Both the position numbers and the translations under genes were made by a program. Shown in pieces: positions 15,481 to 25,280 of a DNA stretch of 55,322 nt (positions are counted from its first letter, which is position 1; each line of letters begins with the position of its first letter). Source of the DNA: a virus (taxonomy: Duplodnaviria; Caudoviricetes); the IMG/VR virus record IMGVR_UViG_3300004225_000001, positions 1 through 55,322 of that record; one strand, written 5' to 3'. Below the pieces are notes generated by a model. That model saw nothing but the letters and a program-made list of their open reading frames with translations. It did no database searches and was not told the origin of the DNA.

Positions 15481-15917
15481 GGCTTTGCGTGCTCCAAAAG
15501 ATAGTCCGACAGGCGCTCTGGCACCATGAAGGGCGCCGCCTGCGCCACAATCTCGGCGCCTTGCTGCACGCCGTTGAGCGCGCCGATCAGGAAAATCGCC
15601 ACGTTCATCACTCCGTAGCGCAGGTAGTGCGCCAGCTCCAGCTGGTGCGCGTCGCATTCGCGCTCCATCACATTGGCGGCCTGGTAGCTGACCATGGCAG
15701 CCATCATCAGCGCCCGAATCTCGGACTCAAACTTGCGGTAGCAGGCGTTGCCCGGCAGGTACAGCAAGAGGGTTTCCATCAGTGCGTTCACGTCGACCGG
15801 CTTGTCCTGGTCAATCAGGTCATCCCAGGCGTGCGCAACGAACACCAGCCGCTCGTAGAGGTCCAGCGCACTGGCATTGCCGGCGAACCAGCGCAAACGA
15901 TCGGGCGAATCATTCAT
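15477..15917 (-). CDS. All-helical DDxxD protein, isoprenoid synthase/prenyltransferase-like (146 aa)
   Basis: VFVAHAWDDLIDQD resembles the first aspartate-rich motif of class I isoprenoid synthases; translationally coupled to the downstream gene. The gene is well supported, the function tentative. Confidence 0.6.
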   Translation of the reverse strand: MNDSPDRLRWFAGNASALDLYERLVFVAHAWDDLIDQDKPVDVNALMETLLLYLPGNACYRKFESEIRALMMAAMVSYQAANVMERECDAHQLELAHYLRYGVMNVAIFLIGALNGVQQGAEIVAQAAPFMVPERLSDYLLEHAKP

Positions 15918-15928
15918 GCCAGACAGCG

Positions 15929-15944
15929 TGCCATGCTTGCCACG
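15929..15944 (-). promoter_or_regulatory. Late-gene 16-bp motif, copy 2
   Basis: TGCCATGCTTGCCACG, 11 nt upstream of the 15917 ATG. Confidence 0.75.
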
Positions 15945-15951
15945 CGCGCTT

Positions 15952-16143
15952 TTATTGCAGACGGCTCACCAATTCATTGAAGCGTGCGATCACGTCCGCC
16001 AGCGTGGCATCGGGCTCCAGCGTCTTGACGCTCCCGCCGCGCTTTCCGGTGATCACTTCCAGCGATTCCTTCACGGCGCTGTCAAACAGCGTGCGCTGTG
16101 GGGTATCGCTGCGGGGCACCTGTGGAATCGAGGGCTTTTTCAT
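15952..16143 (-). CDS. Small tail-associated protein (63 aa)
   Basis: ATGA overlap with the nozzle gene stop; position in the tail module. Confidence 0.7.
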   Translation of the reverse strand: MKKPSIPQVPRSDTPQRTLFDSAVKESLEVITGKRGGSVKTLEPDATLADVIARFNELVSRLQ

Positions 16144-18092
16144 AGCGCCTTCAGGTCGCTCATGGTTTCCGCGATCGCGGCATACTTGACGCGCACGGAG
16201 CCGGTCAGGCCGATGGCCACGCTCTCGGAGCGAAACCCCCCGGGAAGGCGGAAGGCATCGGCACTGGTGAGCATGGTGCGCGAGTACACGGGCCGCCCAT
16301 CGCTGTACAGCGTGAACGTGAGCACGCTCGGGCTGGGCGGGGAAATGCTCATGATCTCCGGGCTGGCATTGACCACGTTGGCGTTGACGGGCCGCGCATT
16401 GATTCCGCCAAGCCCTTTGTAGACGCCGATTGCGGCCTGATTCAGCGCCACATTGGCCTCATAGTCGGCCTGTGCAGAGGCGAAATCTTCCTCGGTCATT
16501 TCCCCTACGAAGTCGACTCTGGCGGCGCCGAAGTTCATCGGCTGCGGGAGGTGATAGTCCTTGGACACCCAGGCATAGTCGATGCGCGGCCCGACGCCGG
16601 CGTCCCACAGGCTCACGCCGCCCGCGTCCACCATGTACAGCCGGCCGTCTGCGCGGTCGGCATAGAGCTCGTCCGGCACCACGCTCAGTTTGGTCAGGGC
16701 CACGCCGCCGTCCGATGGCGAGAACACCAACACGCCCCGGAATCCGTCGCCGCCGTCGTAGCGCACGAACACGCGGCCCTCGGCAACGGCGGCCACCATG
16801 CCGCCAGGGTTGAGCGGCACCCACTCTTCGCGGGTGTAGAGCGCATCGGTCCAGATTGCGGCGCCGCCCATGCCCACATAGGCCAGGCCGTAGGTGGTGG
16901 CATACAGCACGCCATCGCCGATTGAAATCACGCTGCGCTTATTCAGGCAGGGCCAGACCTTATCGACCGAATCCATGGTGACGCTGGCCGGCTCCGCGCC
17001 CGTAGCCACGTAGGGCCGGCCCTTGCTGCAGGCCACCACGGTGGTGCCGTAGGCCTCGATGCCGACGATGGCCACGTCCGTGGCGCGCCGGTACTGCTGC
17101 GGCCAGGCGTGCGGCTGGTTCATTTCGGAAAAGCACAGCTGGTTTTCAAAGAACCCGGCCAGGGCGCCATTGGGCAGCGTGATCAGTCCGCGCAGCGTGG
17201 GGGGCGGCGGTGCCCAGTATTGCGAGATCAGCTCGTCTCCGGGGATGGCCGAATCCAGCAGTGTGTCGTTGTAGGTGGTTCCAACCCCCTCTGCCACCAG
17301 CTGGAAGGAGGCCGCTGTGCCAGCGGTCCGGTACAGGCGCCGCGTCATCCCCGTGGTGTTCCATGGAGCCACACGGGCCCAGGCAGTCTCGGCAGAGTAA
17401 TCACCGGCCACGGTGAATGTTTTGGCGGTTGGCGTGCTGGCCACCGCAGTTCGTGAGGTTCCCAGCACAATGGCGTCGCCATCGCGCAGCCAGTGGTTAT
17501 CTGTGTCGGTGAACGTGGTGACGCCAGCAGCAAAGACGCCAGCCACCGTACCAGAGTTGGCCGGGAAAGCATCCATTCCAGTGATCGCCCAGGTGCCATC
17601 GACCTTGCCGGTGACGACGTTGGACACCGGCGATTCCGGGCCCTCTTCACCCAGCGCGGAATAGAAGGTGTAGACGTAGAACCGGGTAACGGCAGCTCCG
17701 CTGCCACCCGAGTGGGAAATGCTTGCTGCGCCCTGCGGCTTGGGGATGCCCAGCGCAAAGCAGTCGGGCAGCTTGGAATAGGTGGCGTAGCGCGGTTCGT
17801 CGTCGCCCGTCCAGCAAAAACGCGCCTCGGACGCGGCCGGCAGGGGGGCGCGCACCACGTCAACATCTTCGCTCCATGCCAGCCACTGGCTTTGCAGGCC
17901 ATTCACGGCGCGGTAGACCGCCGTCCATGGGCCCGGATTGGACGGCGTGTGCACGGGCAGCGGCTGCTTGATCGGGCGGATCTCCCCGGACGAGAGATTC
18001 ACATTCGTTGCGTCGACCGCCAGGCCTTCGCCCAGCAAGCGCTCAGCCGTTCTGGGGACCATGCCCTTGAAGGGAGACAGCACAAAGCCCAT
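16140..18092 (-). CDS. Putative tail nozzle / tubular stabilisation protein (650 aa)
   Basis: Start MGFVLSPFKGMVPR with TGATG overlap; beta-rich; LCFSE..QPHAWP motif; lies before the ejection genes. Confidence 0.75.
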   Translation of the reverse strand: MGFVLSPFKGMVPRTAERLLGEGLAVDATNVNLSSGEIRPIKQPLPVHTPSNPGPWTAVYRAVNGLQSQWLAWSEDVDVVRAPLPAASEARFCWTGDDEPRYATYSKLPDCFALGIPKPQGAASISHSGGSGAAVTRFYVYTFYSALGEEGPESPVSNVVTGKVDGTWAITGMDAFPANSGTVAGVFAAGVTTFTDTDNHWLRDGDAIVLGTSRTAVASTPTAKTFTVAGDYSAETAWARVAPWNTTGMTRRLYRTAGTAASFQLVAEGVGTTYNDTLLDSAIPGDELISQYWAPPPPTLRGLITLPNGALAGFFENQLCFSEMNQPHAWPQQYRRATDVAIVGIEAYGTTVVACSKGRPYVATGAEPASVTMDSVDKVWPCLNKRSVISIGDGVLYATTYGLAYVGMGGAAIWTDALYTREEWVPLNPGGMVAAVAEGRVFVRYDGGDGFRGVLVFSPSDGGVALTKLSVVPDELYADRADGRLYMVDAGGVSLWDAGVGPRIDYAWVSKDYHLPQPMNFGAARVDFVGEMTEEDFASAQADYEANVALNQAAIGVYKGLGGINARPVNANVVNASPEIMSISPPSPSVLTFTLYSDGRPVYSRTMLTSADAFRLPGGFRSESVAIGLTGSVRVKYAAIAETMSDLKAL

Positions 18093-18610
18093 CAGAAGTT
18101 CTCCCCGAAGAACAGCGCATTGCCCGACGCGATCTCGTATTCGACGTCCAGCCACAGCTTGCGCACGTAGCAGCCCTCGGTGTAGGCCACCTTGGACAGC
18201 AGCGTAAAAGTCCACTCGGACGCCGCGCGCAGCACCTCGTCGGTGTAGCCTCGCGTGCGTGCCAGCGCGAGATCCATGGCAATCAGGTAGCTTGCATTGG
18301 AGGTAGTCAGCGTCTGACGGTTCTCGGCAATCACGCCCGTGAGCGCGCCCGAATTGAGTGTCAGGGCATAGGTTTCGCGCGAATTGGCGTAATACTGCGA
18401 GCGGCCCAACAAGCCGCCGGTGATGCCTGTGATGTAGGCATTCGCTGGTACCACGGAGAAGTCGAAAGCCGCCACAAAATCGGCAACCGTGCCCGCGACG
18501 GCGACATTAGAAGCATTACTGGCTTCGGCCTCGGTATTCCCCACCAGATTGGCCACGCCGGTCCACGTCGCCTCGACCACGCTGGCAGGGTACAGAGCCA
18601 GGGTCGGCAT
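18092..18610 (-). CDS. Hypothetical virion protein (172 aa)
   Basis: Start and stop overlap neighbours on both sides; beta-rich. Confidence 0.7.
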   Translation of the reverse strand: MPTLALYPASVVEATWTGVANLVGNTEAEASNASNVAVAGTVADFVAAFDFSVVPANAYITGITGGLLGRSQYYANSRETYALTLNSGALTGVIAENRQTLTTSNASYLIAMDLALARTRGYTDEVLRAASEWTFTLLSKVAYTEGCYVRKLWLDVEYEIASGNALFFGENF

Positions 18611-19527
18611 TACGCATTCACCCGAGACACTGCCAGGTAGGCGGTCGTGCCATTCCAGAAGGCCGACACAAAGGTTTCCCCGTTCGCAACGGAATTGATC
18701 GGCGGCAGCGTTGGGGCACCCACCACCTTGGGCGTGCCGGCCACCGCGGCCGTGCGCCCGCCAGTGGCGTCCTGCACCAGGCGCAGCTGGTAATTTCCAA
18801 CGCCGGGAAACGAGAGCGTGATCGTTGTGTTCGCGGTAAGCTTGAGCGTTTGCTTCTGCCCCAGGGCGAAGTTCACGGTCTTGCTGGCGCCGGAATCGCC
18901 CGCGTCGAATTCGCCATCAAACGGCAGCGCCCCGCCGATCTTCTTTTGCGTCAGCGTCTGCGCGTCATCCTTGCCTACAAGTGCGCTTGCAGGCAAGGCC
19001 TTGCCGCTGTCCTTGATGACCTTGCCGGTTTCTCCGTCGAACACCGCGATCATCAGGTCGTCGCTTTCTGCCGGCCCCGTCACGTCGCCGGTTTCAATGT
19101 CGTCGGAGCCCAGGAGCGATTCGCCGTTGAGGGTCTTTAGGTTGCCACCAGAGACCAACTCCTCCTGCGCGCCGATCTTGGAGCGGATGGTCGCCGCGTT
19201 CGCCGCACCCTCCAGCACACCCAGCGGGGCCAGCGTTCCGGCGGTCAAACGCAACTCGACCACGTCGCCAATGTTCCAGGTGCGCGCCGCCGTGCCCTCC
19301 TGCGCTCGCAAGATCGTCAGCGAGTCCGATCCGGCCGTGTGCTCAGTTACCTTGATGATCTCGATGTTGGCCGAGGCATCCTGCAGCGTGAGCAGAAAAA
19401 ACAGCGGATCGGCTGCGGCCGGGAAGCGTGTGCCATGGCCGGCCGTGACGGTCATCGTCGTGGCAGCGCCGGAGAGCGTAGCTCCCAGCGCGGAGAAGAT
19501 GTTATTGCCAAGCACTTGCATGTTCAA
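18610..19527 (-). CDS. Tail fibre-like structural protein (305 aa)
   Basis: LTILRAQEGTAARTW N-terminal module, LKTLNGESLLGS fibre motif, LVQDATGGRT C-terminal module. Confidence 0.75.
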   Translation of the reverse strand: MNMQVLGNNIFSALGATLSGAATTMTVTAGHGTRFPAAADPLFFLLTLQDASANIEIIKVTEHTAGSDSLTILRAQEGTAARTWNIGDVVELRLTAGTLAPLGVLEGAANAATIRSKIGAQEELVSGGNLKTLNGESLLGSDDIETGDVTGPAESDDLMIAVFDGETGKVIKDSGKALPASALVGKDDAQTLTQKKIGGALPFDGEFDAGDSGASKTVNFALGQKQTLKLTANTTITLSFPGVGNYQLRLVQDATGGRTAAVAGTPKVVGAPTLPPINSVANGETFVSAFWNGTTAYLAVSRVNA

Positions 19528-19763
19528 TTCCTCTTGGTCCAGTACGGTCGCGGTAGCTGTGCACGCGCCATTTCGTCCTCATGCGACTGCCTGCAATGGC
19601 CCGGCTGCCAGAAAAACAGCGTGTCGATGGCATCGGCGATCCAGCTCCAGTAGCGCTGACCTTTGACGCGCATACGGTGCGCACGTGCGGACAGCGTTTC
19701 GTCGGCCATGCCACCTAGCAGCGTGTTCAGCAGCTGGTCGAGTGCAATCAGAACTTGCAACAT
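19524..19763 (-). CDS. Conserved small phage protein (79 aa)
   Basis: LIALDQLLNTLLGG.ADETLSARAHR...IDTLFFWQPGHC, a pattern common next to tail fibre genes; coupled start and stop. Confidence 0.75.
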   Translation of the reverse strand: MLQVLIALDQLLNTLLGGMADETLSARAHRMRVKGQRYWSWIADAIDTLFFWQPGHCRQSHEDEMARAQLPRPYWTKRN

Positions 19764-20203
19764 CACAACCCTAGCTTCGCGCGCTCGTCCCGCCCCCACT
19801 GCCGGCAAGCCTCGACGTATGCGCCGAATGCCAGCAGTTCATCCTGCTCGCCCGCCTCGAATTCGTACACGCCCAGCGCCGCCCCTACACCGATGCGCGA
19901 GAAATACTGCTCATCACTCAGGCTGTACTTGCTGCGGATACGCGTTTCCATGCGTTCGGCGATCAACGCGCAGTGCGGGCTCGCAGCCTTGATGGCGTCG
20001 CGCAGCTCCGGCGTAATCGTGGCCTCGGTAATCGTCAGTTCTGCAGGCTGATCGGGCAGCGTCACAGAATCAGGGACTGAAACATAAGTAACGCCGCCCA
20101 GCGTACAAAGCTCAGTGCATTGATTTTCACTGTCCATTTCATAGGGCAGCGCCATTTGAATGGTGGTGTAGGGAGTAGAAACTTTTGTGTATGCGTAAAT
20201 CAT
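19763..20203 (-). CDS. Putative tail fibre assembly/chaperone protein (146 aa)
   Basis: Directly downstream of the receptor-binding protein; ends ERAKLGL. Confidence 0.65.
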   Translation of the reverse strand: MIYAYTKVSTPYTTIQMALPYEMDSENQCTELCTLGGVTYVSVPDSVTLPDQPAELTITEATITPELRDAIKAASPHCALIAERMETRIRSKYSLSDEQYFSRIGVGAALGVYEFEAGEQDELLAFGAYVEACRQWGRDERAKLGL

Positions 20204-20212
20204 TTTTAGGCC

Positions 20213-22051
20213 TTACAAGTAGCGGCAGGCGGCGAACCCAGTATAATAAAAGCCATTTGCGCGGCTATTATTCATAACGCGGTTATGTACACCGCTTATA
20301 TTCGCGCCGGCAAAACTCCCTCTAGAAACAACACAAAGTGTATCAATCATGTGTTCGTAGTAACTATCCAAACCCATCGTATTAGTTCCACTGGAACTAA
20401 CTCCGGTAGATGTAGGCATCCCCAGCATAGTCCTTGCACGGTCTGCGGCAGTGGCGTTTGAAAACACAGCATTACTGCCGTTGCCGTAGCGCTGAGAGAT
20501 TGCATTATTTGGGTAGTCGGTGCGAAAGTTGATAGTTATCTGGTCAAAATTCGCAGCAACGCCTGCTGCGCCCCAGTGGTCGGTAGAAAGCGAGACGCCA
20601 TCGGTAATTGCTGTTATGTCCGCTGTTGGTTTGAGTGCATAGAAAGTTGCGTTGTATAGCGTGCCGCCACTGGTATACGTGCTGAATCCAGTGCCATCCA
20701 CACCATTAAGTGATAAAGTATTTGGGTCAACAACCGTAACGGTGAATGCTTGACTATTAATCTGCGTCATCCCGCCCAAAGAAGTGAGAACCACCACATC
20801 GCCGGTAGTTCTTCCATGCCCAGCCACACCTATTTGTACCGGGTTTGTTTTGGTGGCCGCTGTAATTGTTTTTGCAGTGCCAATGGCCGTCATGCCTGGG
20901 TTAATCTTTCCGATATTCCCGGCAACATCGCTAATCCCGCAAGCTTGTCCGTTGTGTGTAGTTTTTGCGAAGTTGCTGCCCGATCCAGTCTTTGCGATAT
21001 TTGGGGCGCTCGCTGCTCCAGCTGATGTAAATGTCAGCGTGCCGTCGTCGGTCGAGCCCAGCGCGTTGTTGTCGCAGCCCTTCGGAAAATTTGTTGCCCC
21101 AGCAGACCACCAGGCGCAGTAGGTCGTGGACGTTGACGCCTGCGCATGCGCATCGCTGATGCGGGTGATTGCATCGGCCTGCTGCACAGTTTCCGGGTGG
21201 AACTTGGCGCCGCGCGAGCGCGCTGCAGCAAATGCTCCGTAGTGCGCATTGCCCGCCCCCACGGCAGAAAACCCCACTTGCCCAGCGCCAGGACTGGACA
21301 CCATCGGCATAGCCAGAGCGATGCTGGAGGCCACTGAGCCATTGGCAGAGCAGTCGTATTTGTCGCGGAAAAATCCAGGCTGCGCAACGCCAGCATTCAT
21401 GAATGCGCGGTGCAGATAAAAGCCTTCGGCGTTGGCCGTGGGTTCGTCCGGGTGGGTGCTTACTGGAACGATGCGAATCGTGTTCACGCCGTACGTCGCA
21501 TAACCAGGGTCAGCAGCATTTCCGAGGCGAAAGCGGTAGGCCGGCACCCAGCACATGATGCTGCCATCGGTGTACTGGTAGTTGCCGTAGTTGGCGCTGG
21601 CTGGATCAGTGCAGCCCGCAAGCGGCGTGAAGCCCGCAGGCACTTGCGGGCAAATGCCGACGCCAAAGCCTGCAGTGCCGGCGGTGCCAATGTTGTTGAT
21701 CGTGGCGCTGTTCAGGTACGGCGCGAGCCAAGTTGCGTCAAGACGGCCGGCAGCGTCGGCAATGGGCAGTTTGCCGGGCGCTGCAAATAAGCTGGCCGTT
21801 CCCCCAGTGACCACAGCCACGGCGCTAGCAAGCGCAGCTTGCGCGGCAACCATAGCCGCTGCACTGGTGGTTGCGCTGCTTGCAGCGGCAGATTGCGACG
21901 CACTGGCGGCATCGGCCGAAGCGGAGGCATCCCCCGCCTGTGTGGTGGCTTGGCTGACTTTTGTATCCAACGTGGCTTTGGCGACATTGACAGCGCTCAG
22001 TAAGTTGGTGGTAGCAAGAGTGAGCGCAGCGACTTCGGTTTCGATGGTCAT
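20213..22051 (-). CDS. Tail fibre/receptor-binding protein with C-type-lectin (Mtd/FGE-like) C-terminal domain (612 aa)
   Basis: Ala-rich coiled-coil N-terminus; GFFRDKYDCS, THNGQACGISDVAGN and terminal SRGSF...SR....YTGFAACRYL; AT-richer 3' third. Confidence 0.8.
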   Translation of the reverse strand: MTIETEVAALTLATTNLLSAVNVAKATLDTKVSQATTQAGDASASADAASASQSAAASSATTSAAAMVAAQAALASAVAVVTGGTASLFAAPGKLPIADAAGRLDATWLAPYLNSATINNIGTAGTAGFGVGICPQVPAGFTPLAGCTDPASANYGNYQYTDGSIMCWVPAYRFRLGNAADPGYATYGVNTIRIVPVSTHPDEPTANAEGFYLHRAFMNAGVAQPGFFRDKYDCSANGSVASSIALAMPMVSSPGAGQVGFSAVGAGNAHYGAFAAARSRGAKFHPETVQQADAITRISDAHAQASTSTTYCAWWSAGATNFPKGCDNNALGSTDDGTLTFTSAGAASAPNIAKTGSGSNFAKTTHNGQACGISDVAGNIGKINPGMTAIGTAKTITAATKTNPVQIGVAGHGRTTGDVVVLTSLGGMTQINSQAFTVTVVDPNTLSLNGVDGTGFSTYTSGGTLYNATFYALKPTADITAITDGVSLSTDHWGAAGVAANFDQITINFRTDYPNNAISQRYGNGSNAVFSNATAADRARTMLGMPTSTGVSSSGTNTMGLDSYYEHMIDTLCVVSRGSFAGANISGVHNRVMNNSRANGFYYTGFAACRYL

Positions 22052-22062
22052 AAGTGGTCCCG

Positions 22063-23583
22063 TCAGGTAAATGCGTGATGCGTTGCTACGATCGCTTGTG
22101 TTGCGATCAAGTCCGATGCCATCGCGGTAAAGGCAATCTGCACGTCTCCGTACACGGCCGCAGACGCCGCAGCGCTGGATTCGCTGGCTGCTGCGTTCGA
22201 TGCGCTTGTAGAAGCCTCTCCCGCCTTCGTGGCGGCCGTACCTGCGCTGGAGCTGGCCTCGCCGGCCTTGGTCGAGGCCGTTGAAGCACTTGCGGCGGCC
22301 GCAGATTCAGAGCTGGAGGCGGCTGATGCGCTGATACTGGACTCGCTGGCTCGTGCTGTTGCTTCTGCCGCCTTGTCTATGGCCGTGGCGCGCGCGCCAC
22401 TCGCATCGACCGCACTGCTGGCCGCCGCAGCGGCGGACAACGAGGCTGCGTTCGCGCTTCCTAGCGCAGCCGATGCGCTGGATGATGCAGAGCTAGCAGC
22501 AGCATTCACTGCCGCGATGCTCCCGTAGATCGCAAGGGCATCCGACAACGAATCGGCAGCAGCCACAGCGGAGGCATTGGAATAAGTTGCGCTGGCCGAG
22601 GCTTCGCTGGCCTTGGTCGTTGCCGTTCCTGCGCTTACGGCTGCCTCTACAGCTTTGGTGGCGGCCGTGCTGGCAGACCCAGATGCGGCGCTTGCATCGC
22701 CCAGGGCAGCGCTGGCAGACGACGCTGCAGCCGCAGCTGAATTGCTGGCCGCCGTGGCGGATGATCCGGCTTCGTTCGCTTTGGTCGACGCCGTTGCGGC
22801 GCTTGTCGCTGCGCCCGACGCAGACCCCGAGGCGGCGCTGGCGGAGGCCGAGGCTTCGCTTGCTTTGGTAGCGGCCGTGCCAGCGCTGATTCCTGCGGCA
22901 GTGGCCGATCCCTGCGCTGCGCTGGCATATCCAGATGCCTCTCCCGCCTTCGTGGTGGCCGTGCCTGCGCTTGCGCTTGCCGCGCTGACAGACCCGGCTG
23001 CGGCGTCTGCGCTGCTCTGCGCCTGGCCCGCGTAGATGGCGGCGGCTCCTGCCGCCTGTGAAGCGTCGTAGGCCGACCCGCTCGCAGCACCAGCGGACCC
23101 GCTGGCAGCGCTGGCCGACGACGCCGCAGCAATTGCCGATCCCGAGGCGGACGAAGCGCTGCCCAGCGCCTCCCCGGCCTTGGTGGTCGCAATCTGCGCC
23201 TGCGCCGTCACGGCCGCCAGCGCCCCTTGCGCGGCAATCAAGGCCTGTGCGGCTACGTCCACCGCCGGGTATGGCTCTTGCACCAGGATCTGGTGCAGCT
23301 CGCACGCCGAATTCGGCACGCTGGCCGTCGCATCGAGGAACTTGCGGCCGGTGTCGGGGTTTGTCGCGGTGACGCGGTACATCGAGCCCGCAACCCCAAG
23401 CGCATTCGGCCACAGGTCCAGCACGCCCTCACCGGCGGCGTCGGCCACCACTTCAACGATCTCGGGCACGACAAAACCGCCTTGGATCTCGGTCTGGTCC
23501 AGCTTGGCGCGCAATATCGCGCCCGCCACCGGCTGGCCGTTCTGGTCGTAGGCGATGAAATGGACTGGTACGGTGGTCAGCAT
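22063..23583 (-). CDS. Proximal tail fibre with Stf-like Ala/Ser repeats (506 aa)
   Basis: Beta-sandwich-like N-terminus, then many A(T/A/S)TKA.EA..SA repeats. Confidence 0.8.
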   Translation of the reverse strand: MLTTVPVHFIAYDQNGQPVAGAILRAKLDQTEIQGGFVVPEIVEVVADAAGEGVLDLWPNALGVAGSMYRVTATNPDTGRKFLDATASVPNSACELHQILVQEPYPAVDVAAQALIAAQGALAAVTAQAQIATTKAGEALGSASSASGSAIAAASSASAASGSAGAASGSAYDASQAAGAAAIYAGQAQSSADAAAGSVSAASASAGTATTKAGEASGYASAAQGSATAAGISAGTAATKASEASASASAASGSASGAATSAATASTKANEAGSSATAASNSAAAAASSASAALGDASAASGSASTAATKAVEAAVSAGTATTKASEASASATYSNASAVAAADSLSDALAIYGSIAAVNAAASSASSSASAALGSANAASLSAAAAASSAVDASGARATAIDKAAEATARASESSISASAASSSESAAAASASTASTKAGEASSSAGTAATKAGEASTSASNAAASESSAAASAAVYGDVQIAFTAMASDLIATQAIVATHHAFT

Positions 23584-23592
23584 GGCGGGTCT

Positions 23593-24294
23593 TTACTGCA
23601 TGCCTGGCTCTGCGCCTGGCCGTTGTCGGGGTTTGGTCGCACTCGTCGCCTGGACCTCGATGCCGATGGCTTGGGCGAATGCCGCGTAATGGGACGCTGC
23701 CATGCCGCTGTTGGCTGCGTACTCCGCATCCTTTGAGTGCGCGCGGTACAGCACGTAATCGAGCACGGCGTTGGCGAAGATGTCGGGCAGCCCCAGATTG
23801 CCCAGCACGGCATCAATGCCGGTGGTAAGAGGCTGCGCAATGTCGACGGGGTAGGCGCTGTAGAGGATCTCCAGCTGCGCCAAGGCAGTGGCCGGCGGGT
23901 ACACGTAGAACACGCGCGGCTCGCGCTCATCGAACATGTAATGCACCACGTCCACCGTTCCGCTCAACGCATCCCAGCCAGGCTGCAGGGCGTCTAGCAC
24001 ATGGCGCTGCACCAGGCGCACGGCGCGCTTTTTGGACGTGGCGGCCACATTGCGCAGCACTTGCAGCAGCTTGAGAGGAAGCGGGGTCAACCCCATTGCG
24101 TCCAGGCTCTGGCGGCTGCCTGCGGCGAGCGTGGCGGTGGCGTTGGCGCTCAATGCGTCGGGCCGGTAGGTGATGATCTCGCGCTGCGCGTCATTGGCCC
24201 ACTGCACCATCTCCGGGATGGTCCAGCGCACGAACTCGGTGTCGTGCAGCATTTCTGCTGCGCGGCTCAGGATGGCTTTTGCGGGCGTGGCCAT
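23593..24294 (-). CDS. Head-tail adaptor protein (DUF6682-like, 233 aa)
   Basis: L.D.EFVRWT..E...W.NDAQREI..YRPDA and FYVYPP...DYVLYRA.SKDAEY. Confidence 0.75.
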   Translation of the reverse strand: MATPAKAILSRAAEMLHDTEFVRWTIPEMVQWANDAQREIITYRPDALSANATATLAAGSRQSLDAMGLTPLPLKLLQVLRNVAATSKKRAVRLVQRHVLDALQPGWDALSGTVDVVHYMFDEREPRVFYVYPPATALAQLEILYSAYPVDIAQPLTTGIDAVLGNLGLPDIFANAVLDYVLYRAHSKDAEYAANSGMAASHYAAFAQAIGIEVQATSATKPRQRPGAEPGMQ

Positions 24295-24296
24295 GG

Positions 24297-24914
24297 TCAG
24301 CACCAGTGCGCGCGGCGGCGCGGCGTGTTGTTGGTGTAGCCCCGATAGGCGTCCACGGTGGCGGCGTTGATGGCGGCGTCAAACGCGCCGGCATGCACCC
24401 CGGCCAACTCAAAATTGGTCCAGGTCATGCCTGGCATAGCCATCAGGCGGGCGCGGGCGCCTGCAGCAATGGCGCCCTCATGCTGGTAGAAAAACTCGTC
24501 GGGGATTCCAGTCGAATACCGGCCAGGCATCAGCGAGGCCTGCACCGAGAGCATGCCGCCGGCCGGGCATTGGCGCCCCAGGCGGAACGTGGTGCGGTTG
24601 TTGCTGGCCAACCCGGCCTGCGGAGCGCTGCCCAGATCCGGGTCCGAATCAATCTGGCGCCAAGAGAGCACGTCAATCGGGCTCCCATCAATGGCGGCCT
24701 TCTCGACACGCACCACCAGCGCGCGGTCCGGCGTGTCCAGGTCGTATTCCATCGCGCCGGCCAAAATTCGCGTGGGCTCAAGCCACACCGTCCAGCAGCG
24801 CGTGCGCCGCATGAAAAGCTGCGCTGCAAACAGCAACTCTTGATTCAGCAGCGGGTCCGGGCATCCTGGCAGCGTGACCAGCATCCCCGGATACCAATCG
24901 GCCCAGACTGCCAT
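24297..24914 (-). CDS. Second adaptor/tail tubular protein (205 aa)
   Basis: LPGCPDPLL...AA..F.RRTRCW and IAAGARARLMAMPG..WTN; position after the capsid genes. Confidence 0.7.
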   Translation of the reverse strand: MAVWADWYPGMLVTLPGCPDPLLNQELLFAAQLFMRRTRCWTVWLEPTRILAGAMEYDLDTPDRALVVRVEKAAIDGSPIDVLSWRQIDSDPDLGSAPQAGLASNNRTTFRLGRQCPAGGMLSVQASLMPGRYSTGIPDEFFYQHEGAIAAGARARLMAMPGMTWTNFELAGVHAGAFDAAINAATVDAYRGYTNNTPRRRAHWC

Positions 24915-24919
24915 GGCGT

Positions 24920-25264
24920 TCAGGCCTTTTTAGGCTTGGGGCCGGGCTTGCGGCGCACGACAGGCGGGGTGTTGGCTTCGAGCGGGAGCGCAGCTGCGGC
25001 AGGGGCCGTGGCATCTCCACCAGGGGCCTCATCACCTTCATCGTCGCTCTCACCCGAGGCGATGGCGGCGGCGCTGTCGTAATCTTCTGCGTTGGCAGGC
25101 CAGAACAGGCGGCCGGCGATCAGGTTGGCAACCGTGTCTTGATCCGTCACGTCGCATACCAAGTCGCCACCGGCATCGCGCTCAAAAACAAACGTCGTGC
25201 CGTTGTCGCCCTGCACTCGCACCGTGCCGTCGCGCCGGGCGATGATCGAAGTGGTGAGTTTCAT
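24920..25264 (-). CDS. Hypothetical head-region protein (114 aa)
   Basis: AAGGA RBS; acidic linker and basic tail RRKPGPKPKK. Confidence 0.75.
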   Translation of the reverse strand: MKLTTSIIARRDGTVRVQGDNGTTFVFERDAGGDLVCDVTDQDTVANLIAGRLFWPANAEDYDSAAAIASGESDDEGDEAPGGDATAPAAAALPLEANTPPVVRRKPGPKPKKA

Positions 25265-25280
25265 TTTTTTGTCCTTGCGT

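Noticed and set aside
22100-23200. Many short near-repeats in the proximal tail fibre gene as a non-coding array
   Set aside because: Explained by Ala/Ser-rich ATTKAGEA protein repeats typical of Stf-like fibres
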